Origin: Longimicrobiales bacterium
Lineage (GTDB): Bacteria > Gemmatimonadota > Gemmatimonadetes > Longimicrobiales > Gaopeijiaceae
Assembly: GCA_965202985.1 (NCBI GenBank)
Contig: CBDBCF010000002.1
Span: forward strand, 288,001 to 352,000
Length of the DNA stretch: 64,000 nt
Direction: 5' to 3'
In this document: positions 6,729-18,583 of the stretch, one piece after another
Numbering within the stretch: the first letter of the stretch is position 1
Layout of the letters: the number at the start of each line of letters is the position of its first letter
Made by a program: the position numbers and the translations under genes
The notes under the pieces: model-generated
What the model saw: the letters and a program-made list of their open reading frames with translations, nothing else
The model's database searches: none
What the model was told of the DNA's origin: nothing

Positions 6729-9700
6729 CGCTCAAACGAAGGCCGGGGTCGACCCCGGCAACACGCGTGCAGGGCAGGGGTGGTCACCGAGACCGGTCCC
6801 GCTCAACGAAGGCCGGGATCTCGACCCCGACAACACCCGAAGGTTCCGGCTTGCAATGTGTCGCAAATCGCTCGCTCAACAAAGGCTGGGGCCTCGACCC
6901 CGGCAACACACCTCGGCGCACGCGGCTTCCCACAACACGGACGCGCGCTCAACGAAGGCCGGGGCCTCGACCCCGGCAACACGTCGGTGTCCCACTTCAA
7001 CATGACCGGCTCTGGGCGCGCTCAACGAAGGCCGGGGCCTCGACCCCGGCAACACTCGCACCTGCCATGGGCAGGTTGGACCGACGGGCAGCGCTCAACG
7101 AAGGCCGGGGCCTCGACCCCGGCAACACTCGCACCTGCCATGGGCAGGTTGGACCGACGGGCAGCGCTCAACGAAGGCCGGGGCCTCGACCCCGGCAACA
7201 CGGGCGGTGGTCGGGTTGGCCATGGTGGCGCATCCGGTCGCTCAACGAAGGCCGGGGCCTCGACCCCGGCAACACCGGCCCGGGGCGGGTTGCGCGCGTT
7301 GCGAAAAAGCTCGCTCAACGAAGGCCGGGGCCTCGACCCCGGCAACACCAGCGTGCCGGCTGGCCACGCGGCCTCGATTTCGAACGCTCAACGAAGGCCG
7401 GGGCCTCGACCCCGGCAACACTCGAGCAAGCGACGTATGGCGCGGCGTGGTTCGACGCCGCTCAACGAAGGCCGGGGCCTCGACCCCGGCAACACGACGC
7501 CCTAGGGCGCGTCTAGGGCAGGCTGGACGCCCGCTCAACGAAGGCCGGGGCCTCGACCCCGGCAACACGTGCCCCGGCGCATCTCCACGCCGGTGTCGGT
7601 GAACGCTCAACGAAGGCCGGGGCCTCGACCCCGGCAACACCGGATCGGGGCCGACGCGCGATTGCCCACCTCGAGCGCTCAACGAAGGCCGGGGCCTCGA
7701 CCCCGGCAACACTTGCAGGATCAAGTGGGGCGTGGCGCCGCGAAAGTACGCTCAACGAAGGCCGGGGCCTCGACCCCGGCAACACTTCAGCGGATGCGTC
7801 GATGGTGAGCACGAACGAGGACGCTCAACGAAGGCCGGGGCCTCGACCCCGGCAACACGACGGATGGCCGCTTCCAGCGCTGGACATTGAAAACGCTCAA
7901 CGAAGGCCGGGGCCTCGACCCCGGCAACACCTGCTCGCCAGACATCGGGGACTCGGTCTCCGGCCCGCTCAACGAAGGCCGGGGCCTCGACCCCGGCAAC
8001 ACACGCCAGTATCGAACGACGGCGCCACGGTCCGGCACGCTCAACGAAGGCCGGGGCCTCGACCCCGGCAACACCCCATCTCCTGAAGACCCGCGGAGAG
8101 CAGGCGGGCCGCTCAACGAAGGCCGGGGCCTCGACCCCGGCAACACGAAGCGTCATGACGCTGGCCCGCCTCGAGTCCAGCCGCTCAACGAAGGCCGGGG
8201 CCTCGACCCCGGCAACACTGTCTCCGTTGGTTGGCGATGGTCCATGCACTAATCCGCTCAACGAAGGCCGGGGCCTCGACCCCGGCAACACACGACGCGA
8301 TACGGCTGGCGACCGAGCGCATGGAGCTCGCTCAACGAAGGCCGGGGCCTCGACCCCGGCAACACGTCATGACCGACGAAACAATCTCCGTGCTGGACCC
8401 GCTCAACGAAGGCCGGGGCCTCGACCCCGGCAACACGCGTCCGATCCGCCCGTCGCCGACGAGGTGCAGCGCGCTCAACGAAGGCCGGGGCCTCGACCCC
8501 GGCAACACCGCGTGTTCGTGCCGTATTGCGGGCACGGCGTGGCCGCTCAACGAAGGCCGGGGCCTCGACCCCGGCAACACCCGGCCCGGAACCGACAGAA
8601 ACGCACGAAGAGGATCGCTCAACGAAGGCCGGGGCCTCGACCCCGGCAACACACCGACGCGCAGATCAACACGCTGGCCGATGGTCGCCGCTCAACGAAG
8701 GCCGGGGCCTCGACCCCGGCAACACATCCCGCCGCCCAGCATGACCCGGCCGCTCCCGACCGCTCAACGAAGGCCGGGGCCTCGACCCCGGCAACACGAG
8801 GCCAGCGCGATCGCGAGGCAGCACGTGCTGCACGCTCAACGAAGGCCGGGGCCTCGACCCCGGCAACACCGGGATCAGAGACGCCATCATGTCGGGCAGG
8901 CGGGCCGCTCAACGAAGGCCGGGGCCTCGACCCCGGCAACACTCGCCGCCGCGATGTCACTTCGGTTCCAGCTTTACATACGCTCAACGAAGGCCGGGGC
9001 CTCGACCCCGGCAACACGAGCAGCTGGCGGAGCGGTTCACGTTCGATCGAGTGACCGCTCAACGAAGGCCGGGGCCTCGACCCCGGCAACACATCACCGT
9101 GGTCGAGACGGTGCCGACGCGAGGGCTCGCTCAACGAAGGCCGGGGCCTCGACCCCGGCAACACAGGCGCCGCCGGGTAGTCCGAGACATAGTCTCAATC
9201 CGCTCAACGAAGGCCGGGGCCTCGACCCCGGCAACACAATAGTTCGCGACTCTCTCCCGATACGATCATGTCCGCTCAACGAAGGCCGGGGCCTCGACCC
9301 CGGCAACACGCGGAGCCGTCGTTGCGACTCCGGGCGCTGGAGCCCGCTCAACGAAGGCCGGGGCCTCGACCCCGGCAACACATCTGATCGTCCAGCAGCA
9401 ATGCGAGCTTTTCGAGATCGCTCAACGAAGGCCGGGGCCTCGACCCCGGCAACACTCGGCCCAGAAGTCCTTCAGCGCGTACTTCGAGATCGCTCAACGA
9501 AGGCCGGGGCCTCGACCCCGGCAACACATGCCGTAGTCGTCGCAGTCGGCGACCTCCGGCGTCGCTCAACGAAGGCCGGGGCCTCGACCCCGGCAACACA
9601 CCACTCGTCCGGGCGCATCGGCGTGCCCGGCCCGCGCTCAACGAAGGCCGGGGCCTCGACCCCGGCAACACTGCACCACTAGTCCGGGCGCATCGGCGTG

Positions 9701-12700
9701 CCCGGCCCTCGCTCAACGAAGGCCGGGGCCTCGACCCCGGCAACACCTCGTCGCGCACGCGCGTGCCCCACTTGGTCTGCTCGCTCAACGAAGGCCGGGG
9801 CCTCGACCCCGGCAACACCTCCGACAACGCCTCGTGGCCTTCGTGGTCAAGGCCGCTCAACGAAGGCCGGGGCCTCGACCCCGGCAACACCTCCGACAAC
9901 GCCTCGTGGCCTTCGTGGTCAAGGCCGCTCAACGAAGGCCGGGGCCTCGACCCCGGCAACACTCACGGGCATCGACGAACCCGTGAAAGGCGCCGCGCGC
10001 TCAACGAAGGCCGGGGCCTCGACCCCGGCAACACGAAGCTGAACCGCGACGTCTATTTCCCGATGGCGGACCGCTCAACGAAGGCCGGGGCCTCGACCCC
10101 GGCAACACACGTGCACGCACGTGGCCCGCGCGGCGCCGCGGACCGCTCAACGAAGGCCGGGGCCTCGACCCCGGCAACACACGTGCACGCACGTGGCCCG
10201 CGCGGCGCCGCAGACCGCTCAACGAAGGCCGGGGCCTCGACCCCGGCAACACACGCCCCCGAGCTACAAGACCCAGAAGCACGTGCTCGCTCAACGAAGG
10301 CCGGGGCCTCGACCCCGGCAACACTTTCGAGGGAGCGTCGGCCGGCCCGTGCCGAACAGCCGCTCAACGAAGGCCGGGGCCTCGACCCCGGCAACACGAC
10401 CGGGAAGCCTCGCGCCTCCCGCGTATCCTAATGCGCTCAACGAAGGCCGGGGCCTCGACCCCGGCAACACTTGCTGCAAACAGTGAATACGAACAGTATC
10501 GGACGTCGCTCAACGAAGGCCGGGGCCTCGACCCCGGCAACACGAGACGACGAGGACGTGGCCCTGGCGGAGGCGGAGCGCTCAACGAAGGCCGGGGCCT
10601 CGACCCCGGCAACACCGGGCTTCCGCCGCCGCCGCTGAACGTGGACACGTCCGCTCAACGAAGGCCGGGGCCTCGACCCCGGCAACACCGCCCACTTTCG
10701 CTTGCGTTCGCGCTCCCATTGTGCGCTCAACGAAGGCCGGGGCCTCGACCCCGGCAACACTTGGCGTTGCCCGTGCCGCTCGCCGCATGGGCGGACGCTC
10801 AACGAAGGCCGGGGCCTCGACCCCGGCAACACGTCGTGTCCTCGTCCGTGATCACGATGGGCTTGACCGCTCAACGAAGGCCGGGGCCTCGACCCCGGCA
10901 ACACGGTTCAATCGTTCCAAGATTCGCTGCGGTTGATCGCGCTCAACGAAGGCCGGGGCCTCGACCCCGGCAACACTGGTGCTCTTGGTGGTGCTCATGT
11001 CGTTCTCCTAGAACGCTCAACGAAGGCCGGGGCCTCGACCCCGGCAACACGTAGCGTGGAGGCCCGCGTAGATGGCGCGCCCGAGACGCTCAACGAAGGC
11101 CGGGGCCTCGACCCCGGCAACACCCGCGCGAGACGGTGCCCAGGGGGAACGAGCCGAACGCTCAACGAAGGCCGGGGCCTCGACCCCGGCAACACCGCCG
11201 CCGTGCCGTTGCTCGCGCTCGTGACCACCCACGCTCAACGAAGGCCGGGGCCTCGACCCCGGCAACACCGCAAGCGGCAGTGGGCTCCGTCGCCATCCCG
11301 ACCAGCGCTCAACGAAGGCCGGGGCCTCGACCCCGGCAACACAGCTGGTCGATCCCCTGCTGGTCCTGCGGTGCCATCCGCTCAACGAAGGCCGGGGCCT
11401 CGACCCCGGCAACACCGCGTCGTCGTGATGGCGGACATGCACATGTGGCACGCTCAACGAAGGCCGGGGCCTCGACCCCGGCAACACCACGACCTTTCCG
11501 ACACGTCCTGCGCTTCTTCGAGCGCTCAACGAAGGCCGGGGCCTCGACCCCGGCAACACCCGTGTCGTGGTCGATGCCCCTTTCCCTGGCGGCCGCCGCT
11601 CAACGAAGGCCGGGGCCTCGACCCCGGCAACACGGTCGTGTACGCGCCAAGCGTCGCAGACCCGATCCCTCGCTCAACGAAGGCCGGGGCCTCGACCCCG
11701 GCAACACCTCCGCCAAGCCGTCGGTGTCGAACTTCGCCATCACCGCTCAACGAAGGCCGGGGCCTCGACCCCGGCAACACAGCTGCCGGCCACGCGCACG
11801 GCAAGGGCATGAAGTCCGCTCAACGAAGGCCGGGGCCTCGACCCCGGCAACACCCAGTCGGCCAGCACGTCGTCGTACAGATCGTTGGGCGCTCAACGAA
11901 GGCCGGGGCCTCGACCCCGGCAACACGTCCGCAACGTCAACAGGAGACGCCGCGACATGCACGCTCAACGAAGGCCGGGGCCTCGACCCCGGCAACACCC
12001 GGCGGTGCGCCAGCGCCCATGCCAAACGATGAGCCGCTCAACGAAGGCCGGGGCCTCGACCCCGGCAACACTGGCCACCTTCCACGCCGCCTGCGTGCGC
12101 GACATCGCTCAACGATGGCCGGGGCCTCGACCCCGGCAACACGGCCGACGTGGCGCCTGGCCCCAGCGCGTCGGCAACGCTCAACGAAGGCCGGGGCCTC
12201 GACCCCGGCAACACGCCGGCAGCGAGCGCGGGGAGATCGGGATTTTCGACCGCTCAACGAAGGCCGGGGCCTCGACCCCGGCAACACCATCGGAGAGCGG
12301 ACGCATCTGCGCCTGCACGGTCACGCTCAACGAAGGCCGGGGCCTCGACCCCGGCAACACGGCCGGCGAGAGCCACGTCGAGCCTCCGTCCAGGGACGCT
12401 CAACGAAGGCCGGGGCCTCGACCCCGGCAACACTGGCGGGCGGCTGGAAGTCCCCGCAGATGCCGGCGTACGCTCAACGAAGGCCGGGGCCTCGACCCCG
12501 GCAACACCGCCGGCAGCGAGCGGGGGGAGATCGGGATTTTCGATCGCTCAACGAAGGCCGGGGCCTCGACCCCGGCAACACCACCTCCGGACACCAGCCC
12601 AGCACCGCCTGCAACGACGCTCAACGAAGGCCGGGGCCTCGACCCCGGCAACACCTGTCACGTCACCACCGTGCCGACGAGCTGACCCTCCGCTCAACGA

Positions 12701-15700
12701 AGGCCGGGGCCTCGACCCCGGCAACACGAGGCAGTTGGGCTCGCACGTGCGGCAGACGCCCCACGCTCAACGAAGGCCGGGGCCTCGACCCCGGCAACAC
12801 GTGGAGGCATTGGAAGCGCAGGTTCGGACGCAATCCGCTCAACGAAGGCCGGGGCCTCGACCCCGGCAACACGACTACGAGGGGCTCTACACGTCCGAGC
12901 GGGTGCACGCTCAACGAAGGCCGGGGCCTCGACCCCGGCAACACGAGAGAGACATGACGGACGCTACGACGACGACCGCTCAACGAAGGCCGGGGCCTCG
13001 ACCCCGGCAACACTCGTGTGGATGACTGCCGACGGCCGCGACTGGGTCGCTCAACGAAGGCCGGGGCCTCGACCCCGGCAACACAGGCGCGCCGCCGGGA
13101 GCGCAAGGTGCGCAAGGTCGCGCTCAACGAAGGCCGGGGCCTCGACCCCGGCAACACCAGGAACAAAGGACGTCATCGCTCCTCCTCCATCGCCGCTCAA
13201 CGAAGGCCGGGGCCTCGACCCCGGCAACACTTCGGGCAGCGCGTCCAGCATCTGACGAACGGGGTCCGCTCAACGAAGGCCGGGGCCTCGACCCCGGCAA
13301 CACACGAAGAGAAGTCCGCGCGGACGTTCGCCGCGGACGTCGCTCAACGAAGGCCGGGGCCTCGACCCCGGCAACACGTCTCCGACGAACACTCGCAAGT
13401 CGACGACGTAGCCGCTCAACGAAGGCCGGGGCCTCGACCCCGGCAACACCTCGCCGTCGCCGACGCGCACGCAAACCATGCGGCCCGCTCAACGAAGGCC
13501 GGGGCCTCGACCCCGGCAACACTCCTCGCGACGTGCGGCGCGAACGTAATGCACAAGCGCTCAACGAAGGCCGGGGCCTCGACCCCGGCAACACGGCCGA
13601 CGTAGAGAAGCGTAACACTTCCGACCATGCGCTCAACGAAGGCCGGGGCCTCGACCCCGGCAACACCCCTTTCCGTTGGTCGGCTGCTCGTCGCCCGGCT
13701 CCGCTCAACGAAGGCCGGGGCCTCGACCCCGGCAACACGCCTTGGCGGCGCGCAGCGTGGAAGCATACACGCTGGCGCTCAACGAAGGCCGGGGCCTCGA
13801 CCCCGGCAACACCGCCGCAGGCGTCCATGTTCCGAAGTCGATGGGCTCCGCTCAACGAAGGCCGGGGCCTCGACCCCGGCAACACCAGCTCTTCCAACGC
13901 CAGGCTGTCGGACCTCTGGACCGCTCAACGAAGGCCGGGGCCTCGACCCCGGCAACACACGGTCACGGTGACAGACAACGACGACTTCGTGCGACGCTCA
14001 ACGAAGGCCGGGGCCTCGACCCCGGCAACACGGACTGCGCCGTCGCGGCGGCGCGGCGCTTGGGCACGCTCAACGAAGGCCGGGGCCTCGACCCCGGCAA
14101 CACCCTGGCGGGGCTGGGGGGATCGTCGGCCAGCTTGAACGCTCAACGAAGGCCGGGGCCTCGACCCCGGCAACACCGTCGCGGCAAGGCGGGCGTGGCG
14201 CCGGAATCCGCACCGCTCAACGAAGGCCGGGGCCTCGACCCCGGCAACACCGGCGCGTCGGTCAGCCAGTTCGCGATCGGACAGGCCGCTCAACGAAGGC
14301 CGGGGCCTCGACCCCGGCAACACGATACGGCGAGCCGCCGTCCGGACAGACCAGCGCCGCTCAACGAAGGCCGGGGCCTCGACCCCGGCAACACTGCGTC
14401 CCCGCCGTAATGCGCCTCGACCAGCGGGACGCTCAACGAAGGCCGGGGCCTCGACCCCGGCAACACGCCGCCCCCGCCCCCCAGCCGGGCCGGGAGGATG
14501 CACGCTCAACGAAGGCCGGGGCCTCGACCCCGGCAACACAGGGCGCGATGGCGCCGCTCGAGATGCTGATGGCGCACGCTCAACGAAGGCCGGGGCCTCG
14601 ACCCCGGCAACACACGTTCAGCAAGACGGGTTCGCCCCTGCTCAACCGCGCTCAACGAAGGCCGGGGCCTCGACCCCGGCAACACGCCTGGTACAGCGCG
14701 CGCTTGCGCCCCCGGACGGTCGCTCAACGAAGGCCGGGGCCTCGACCCCGGCAACACAACCGGATCTCGCCCTTCCTCGCGAAGATGCACGGCGCTCAAC
14801 GAAGGCCGGGGCCTCGACCCCGGCAACACGTCGAGGGTCTCGGACGCCGGTACGGAGTCCACGAACGCTCAACGAAGGCCGGGGCCTCGACCCCGGCAAC
14901 ACATGGCCGCGATCCCCAGGATGGCCGCGGGGGCGACCGCTCAACGAAGGCCGGGGCCTCGACCCCGGCAACACGCGTATCCACCCTGCACCCGCGCGGA
15001 CACGTCAGGACCGCTCAACGAAGGCCGGGGCCTCGACCCCGGCAACACGGGAAACGACCATGATAGCCACCAATACCATGGTCACGCTCAACGAAGGCCG
15101 GGGCCTCGACCCCGGCAACACCTCCCACCCGATGAAGAGGGACTCCACGCCTCGCCGCCGCTCAACGAAGGCCGGGGCCTCGACCCCGGCAACACTGGTG
15201 GCGCGCGCCGTCCGCGCCTTCGGTCCGGTCCGCTCAACGAAGGCCGGGGCCTCGACCCCGGCAACACCGCGCCGCCGAACTACAAGACGCAGAAGCAGAC
15301 GCTCGCTCAACGAAGGCCGGGGCCTCGACCCCGGCAACACAGGCTGTCCTTGGTGCTCATGTCTTCTTCTCCTAGAACGCTCAACGAAGGCCGGGGCCTC
15401 GACCCCGGCAACACCGCACGCCACGGGTCAGCCCCCGGTACACGCCCTGCGCTCAACGAAGGCCGGGGCCTCGACCCCGGCAACACCGCGAGGTGCGGCA
15501 CGAGGCCGCGGAGCAGCATGCCCGCTCAACGAAGGCCGGGGCCTCGACCCCGGCAACACAGCCGCATCGTTCGTCGGCAGTCCAGTTCTTCACGGCGCTC
15601 AACGAAGGCCGGGGCCTCGACCCCGGCAACACATCACGACCAGGTCGGGCAAGGATTTCAGCTACTCCGCTCAACGAAGGCCGGGGCCTCGACCCCGGCA

Positions 15701-16500
15701 ACACGGTACAGCATCGGCGACCTGTGGGTAGACATCCCCCGCTCAACGAAGGCCGGGGCCTCGACCCCGGCAACACCGGAACATCGGGCAAGGATTGACC
15801 AGATGCTGGTCCGCTCAACGAAGGCCGGGGCCTCGACCCCGGCAACACCCCCGGCGAGCAGCGCGTGCCGCCGCGTTCTTTGCGCGCTCAACGAAGGCCG
15901 GGGCCTCGACCCCGGCAACACCAGACCTCGACTTCCTCTGCGACGAAACCTGCCTCGCTCAACGAAGGCCGGGGCCTCGACCCCGGCAACACCGCTGATG
16001 CACTGGCGGCCGTCCGACGCACTGTACCCCGCTCAACGAAGGCCGGGGCCTCGACCCCGGCAACACACGAGCCTCGTCGCCCGTCTGCCCTGGTGGCCGC
16101 ACGCTCAACGAAGGCCGGGGCCTCGACCCCGGCAACACGTTTTCCACGGAACGTATGCTGGCTTCTTTACCCACGCTCAACGAAGGCCGGGGCCTCGACC
16201 CCGGCAACACCTGTGCGTCGCCGCCGGCGTGGAGGCCGTGAAGGCCGCTCAACGAAGGCCGGGGCCTCGACCCCGGCAACACCTTTTCGTGCGCTTCGCG
16301 CTCCGACTTGATTTTGGCCGCTCAACGAAGGCCGGGGCCTCGACCCCGGCAACACGGTCGTGTGGATGACCGCCGACGGCCGCGACTGGGTCGCTCAACG
16401 AAGGCCGGGGCCTCGACCCCGGCAACACATCTCGAACTCGGGCAGCAGCCCCTTGCGCGAAGCCGCTCAACGAAGGCCGGGGCCTCGACCCCGGCAACAC
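6729..16500 (-). CRISPR. Type I-G CRISPR array, about 135 repeats and 134 spacers (manual count); 37 bp repeat GTGTTGCCGGGGTCGAGGCCCCGGCCTTCGTTGAGCG; spacers 32-38 nt
   Basis: Near-invariant repeat every ~72-73 bp with GCCGGGG/CCCCGGC hairpin; three degenerate repeats at left (6729, 6800, 6873) mark the trailer; one internal variant at 12106; leader side abuts cas2. Confidence 0.99.
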
Positions 16501-16663
16501 CCCTAATGAGTAAGAAACTCGCCGCTCAAGCCGACGAACCACCCATTTCGGCCAATTTCGTGCCAAGACCGCCCTACACCGCGTCCTCACCGGCGGAAAT
16601 CCGGCGGCCCGTGGGCACGATATCACTCCCCTGTGCCCGGATCACCGAAGGTTCGCATGCCGG
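16501..16663 (-). promoter_or_regulatory. CRISPR leader
   Basis: Non-coding interval between cas2 stop and the first perfect repeat, opposite the degenerate end. Confidence 0.75.
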
Positions 16664-16954
16664 TCAGACGACCCAAGGATCTCCGAGACGGCGAGCGCTG
16701 CGCCTTCCGTACTCCAACTTCGAGTCGTTGATTTCTCCGGAAAACCGATAGACGATCACCGAGTCATGTTCTTCGTCGATAGCATCCTGAACCTCGCCGA
16801 TCATCCGGGCGAATGAAGTTGGAGAGACCCTGCACTCGAACACGGAGAACTGGACGCGCTGTCCGTACTTCTTACATACCTGCGCTATTCTCCGCAGGCG
16901 CGGCGCTCCCGCACCCTCCGTGTCTCCAATATCGTACGACACCAGTATGTCCAT
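16664..16954 (-). CDS. cas2: CRISPR-associated endonuclease Cas2
   Basis: MDILVSYDI..RLRRIAQVCKKYGQRVQFSVFEC; 96 aa; between cas1 and array. Confidence 0.97.
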   Translation of the reverse strand: MDILVSYDIGDTEGAGAPRLRRIAQVCKKYGQRVQFSVFECRVSPTSFARMIGEVQDAIDEEHDSVIVYRFSGEINDSKLEYGRRSARRLGDPWVV

Positions 16955-16958
16955 GGTC

Positions 16959-17975
16959 TCACGCCAGCACGAACGGAGGATAGGCTGGCAGGTCCCCACG
17001 CAAGGACCGGGCAAGCAGTGTGGCCTGAACCGACGGCAGTGCCCATCGGCCCACCGTTCTGTCGCACACCCGGTGATACAATTCGTCTTCCTTGTGTCTC
17101 TCCCATGCATGCAACAGATTGGTTCTTCCGTCGTCGCTCAAGTAACACGCACCACCGGGCGTCTCGACGAAACTATCACGCGAGACCTGTCTTCTGCGAA
17201 TGAGCGACACGACAAACCGATCCGAAAGCGGGCGCAATTCCTCCACAAGGTCAAGCGCTAGCGAGGGCCGACCCGATCGTGGCCGATGGAGAAACCCAAT
17301 CTGGTAGTCGAGGCCCACACTCTCCAAGGCTCCTATGAATTCAGTCAGCAACAGGCCATAACAGAATCCAAGCAGTGCGTTGGCCGGATCCCGGGGCGGT
17401 CTCCGCTTACGCCCAAAAAAGGGAAACCGGCTCTTCGCAAGAGCCTGTCTAACCGCCCGGAAGTAGACCCGTGCGGCATCGCCTTCGATCCCGCGCACAT
17501 GGTCCGCAGATTCCGCGTCCGCCACGCGTTCGATGCGTTGGCGGATTGATTCTGCTCGTTCGCCGAGTGTACGAGACCTGTCGTCATCCTGATCGTCACG
17601 TGACCATCTGCCTACCACTGTCCTGCAATTCTGAAGCTTTGCCGCCACGATCGACTTAGCAATCGCCAGCGACCGAGCTTCGTCGCTCGACGCTCGGTAC
17701 TGTGCGCTTCGCAGGTGAACGTTACCACCAGTTGCTCCGCCAACCACGAACCTGATTGCGCCGCTCCGACGCAGCGCTGCCACTCGTACACCTCTCCTAA
17801 CGCACTCTTCCATGGCCTGAGAAGTCAATTGGCCCCCGCCCAACAGGACAAGAGCGTCTATCGCTTCAAGGGGGATGTGCTGGCTCCCGTCTGGGGTAGT
17901 GATCCGAAGTGCGCCTTTCCGATGCCTGACCTTGGCCCGATGGTGGCGAACGTAGGCCGTATTCAAGTAGCGCAC
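16959..17975 (-). CDS. cas1: CRISPR-associated endonuclease Cas1 (unfused)
   Basis: RGIEGDAARVYF, RRPPRDPANALLGFCY, GFLHRPRSGRPSLALDLVEELRP. Confidence 0.98.
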   Translation of the reverse strand: MRYLNTAYVRHHRAKVRHRKGALRITTPDGSQHIPLEAIDALVLLGGGQLTSQAMEECVRRGVRVAALRRSGAIRFVVGGATGGNVHLRSAQYRASSDEARSLAIAKSIVAAKLQNCRTVVGRWSRDDQDDDRSRTLGERAESIRQRIERVADAESADHVRGIEGDAARVYFRAVRQALAKSRFPFFGRKRRPPRDPANALLGFCYGLLLTEFIGALESVGLDYQIGFLHRPRSGRPSLALDLVEELRPLSDRFVVSLIRRRQVSRDSFVETPGGACYLSDDGRTNLLHAWERHKEDELYHRVCDRTVGRWALPSVQATLLARSLRGDLPAYPPFVLA

Positions 17976-18583
17976 GAATAGACAACCTCCTTCATGTACC
18001 GGGCGACACGTTCCGGCGCACCGGTCACCTCAGGTAGGCAGTGATGTCTCAACTGACATTCGGTGCACCGTTGGTCATTCGGTGCAACGGGCAACACACC
18101 CGTTCGCAGCTGTTCTCGTATTGATCGAATTGTCGCCTTCACTGTCTGCCGTAGCGATGACGTCAACGACACCCTTTCGCGACGTCTCGGCCCGCCGTAC
18201 CATATGTCGCCTTCGGTGACGGTGGTATCGAGCATTTCTTCTAAGCACAGTGCCTGTGCGCAAAGCTGCAGATCGGCCGCATTTCCATGTCGAACGCCTG
18301 ATTTGTACTCAACGGGACGGAGGATGCCATTCTCGATTTCCACAACATCTGCCCGCCCCGAGAGTCCCAGGACCTCCGACCACAGCGGGATTGATCGCAT
18401 TACAAGTCTGCCTCGTTCCCTTCGATGTCGATCGGTGTCTACCCGGTGATGTGCGCGTAGTCCACGAACCGTATGTTTGTTGTGGAGCCAGACACCGTCG
18501 CCGTGAATGAGTGCGCATTGCCGGGAACAGTACGCGTAGTGCTCGAGGGCTGATATTCGAACGATCGGCTCTGGGCTCACCAT
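17963..18583 (-). CDS. cas4: CRISPR-associated exonuclease Cas4
   Basis: ISALEHYAYCSRQ, GRADVVE..PVEYK, QLCAQALCLEEM, C-terminal CTECQLRHHC Fe-S cysteines. Confidence 0.96.
   Translation of the reverse strand: MVSPEPIVRISALEHYAYCSRQCALIHGDGVWLHNKHTVRGLRAHHRVDTDRHRRERGRLVMRSIPLWSEVLGLSGRADVVEIENGILRPVEYKSGVRHGNAADLQLCAQALCLEEMLDTTVTEGDIWYGGPRRRERVSLTSSLRQTVKATIRSIREQLRTGVLPVAPNDQRCTECQLRHHCLPEVTGAPERVARYMKEVVYSCAT

Larger units (their letters stand above)
6105..6764 (+). repeat. Diverged direct duplication (~6105-6380 vs ~6490-6764) of small ORF plus trailer plus terminal CRISPR repeat
   Basis: Shared blocks e.g. GTACGCACTTACGGGCAAGGGCGA, CTAGCGCAACAGGAAGACGCCAAC, AGTAGGAGACGA, ACGAGTGCG; offset ~385 bp. 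Confidence 0.92.

Noticed and set aside
16523..16538. CGCTCAAG in the leader as a possible extra repeat
   Set aside because: Only 7 nt match and wrong spacing from the last repeat
6719..16751. Dozens of long ORFs across the CRISPR array (e.g. 10933-12957, 674 aa)
   Set aside because: They are translations of the repeat (LNEGRGLDPGNT, AQRRPGPRPRQH, VLPGSRPRPSLS), which lacks stops in most frames
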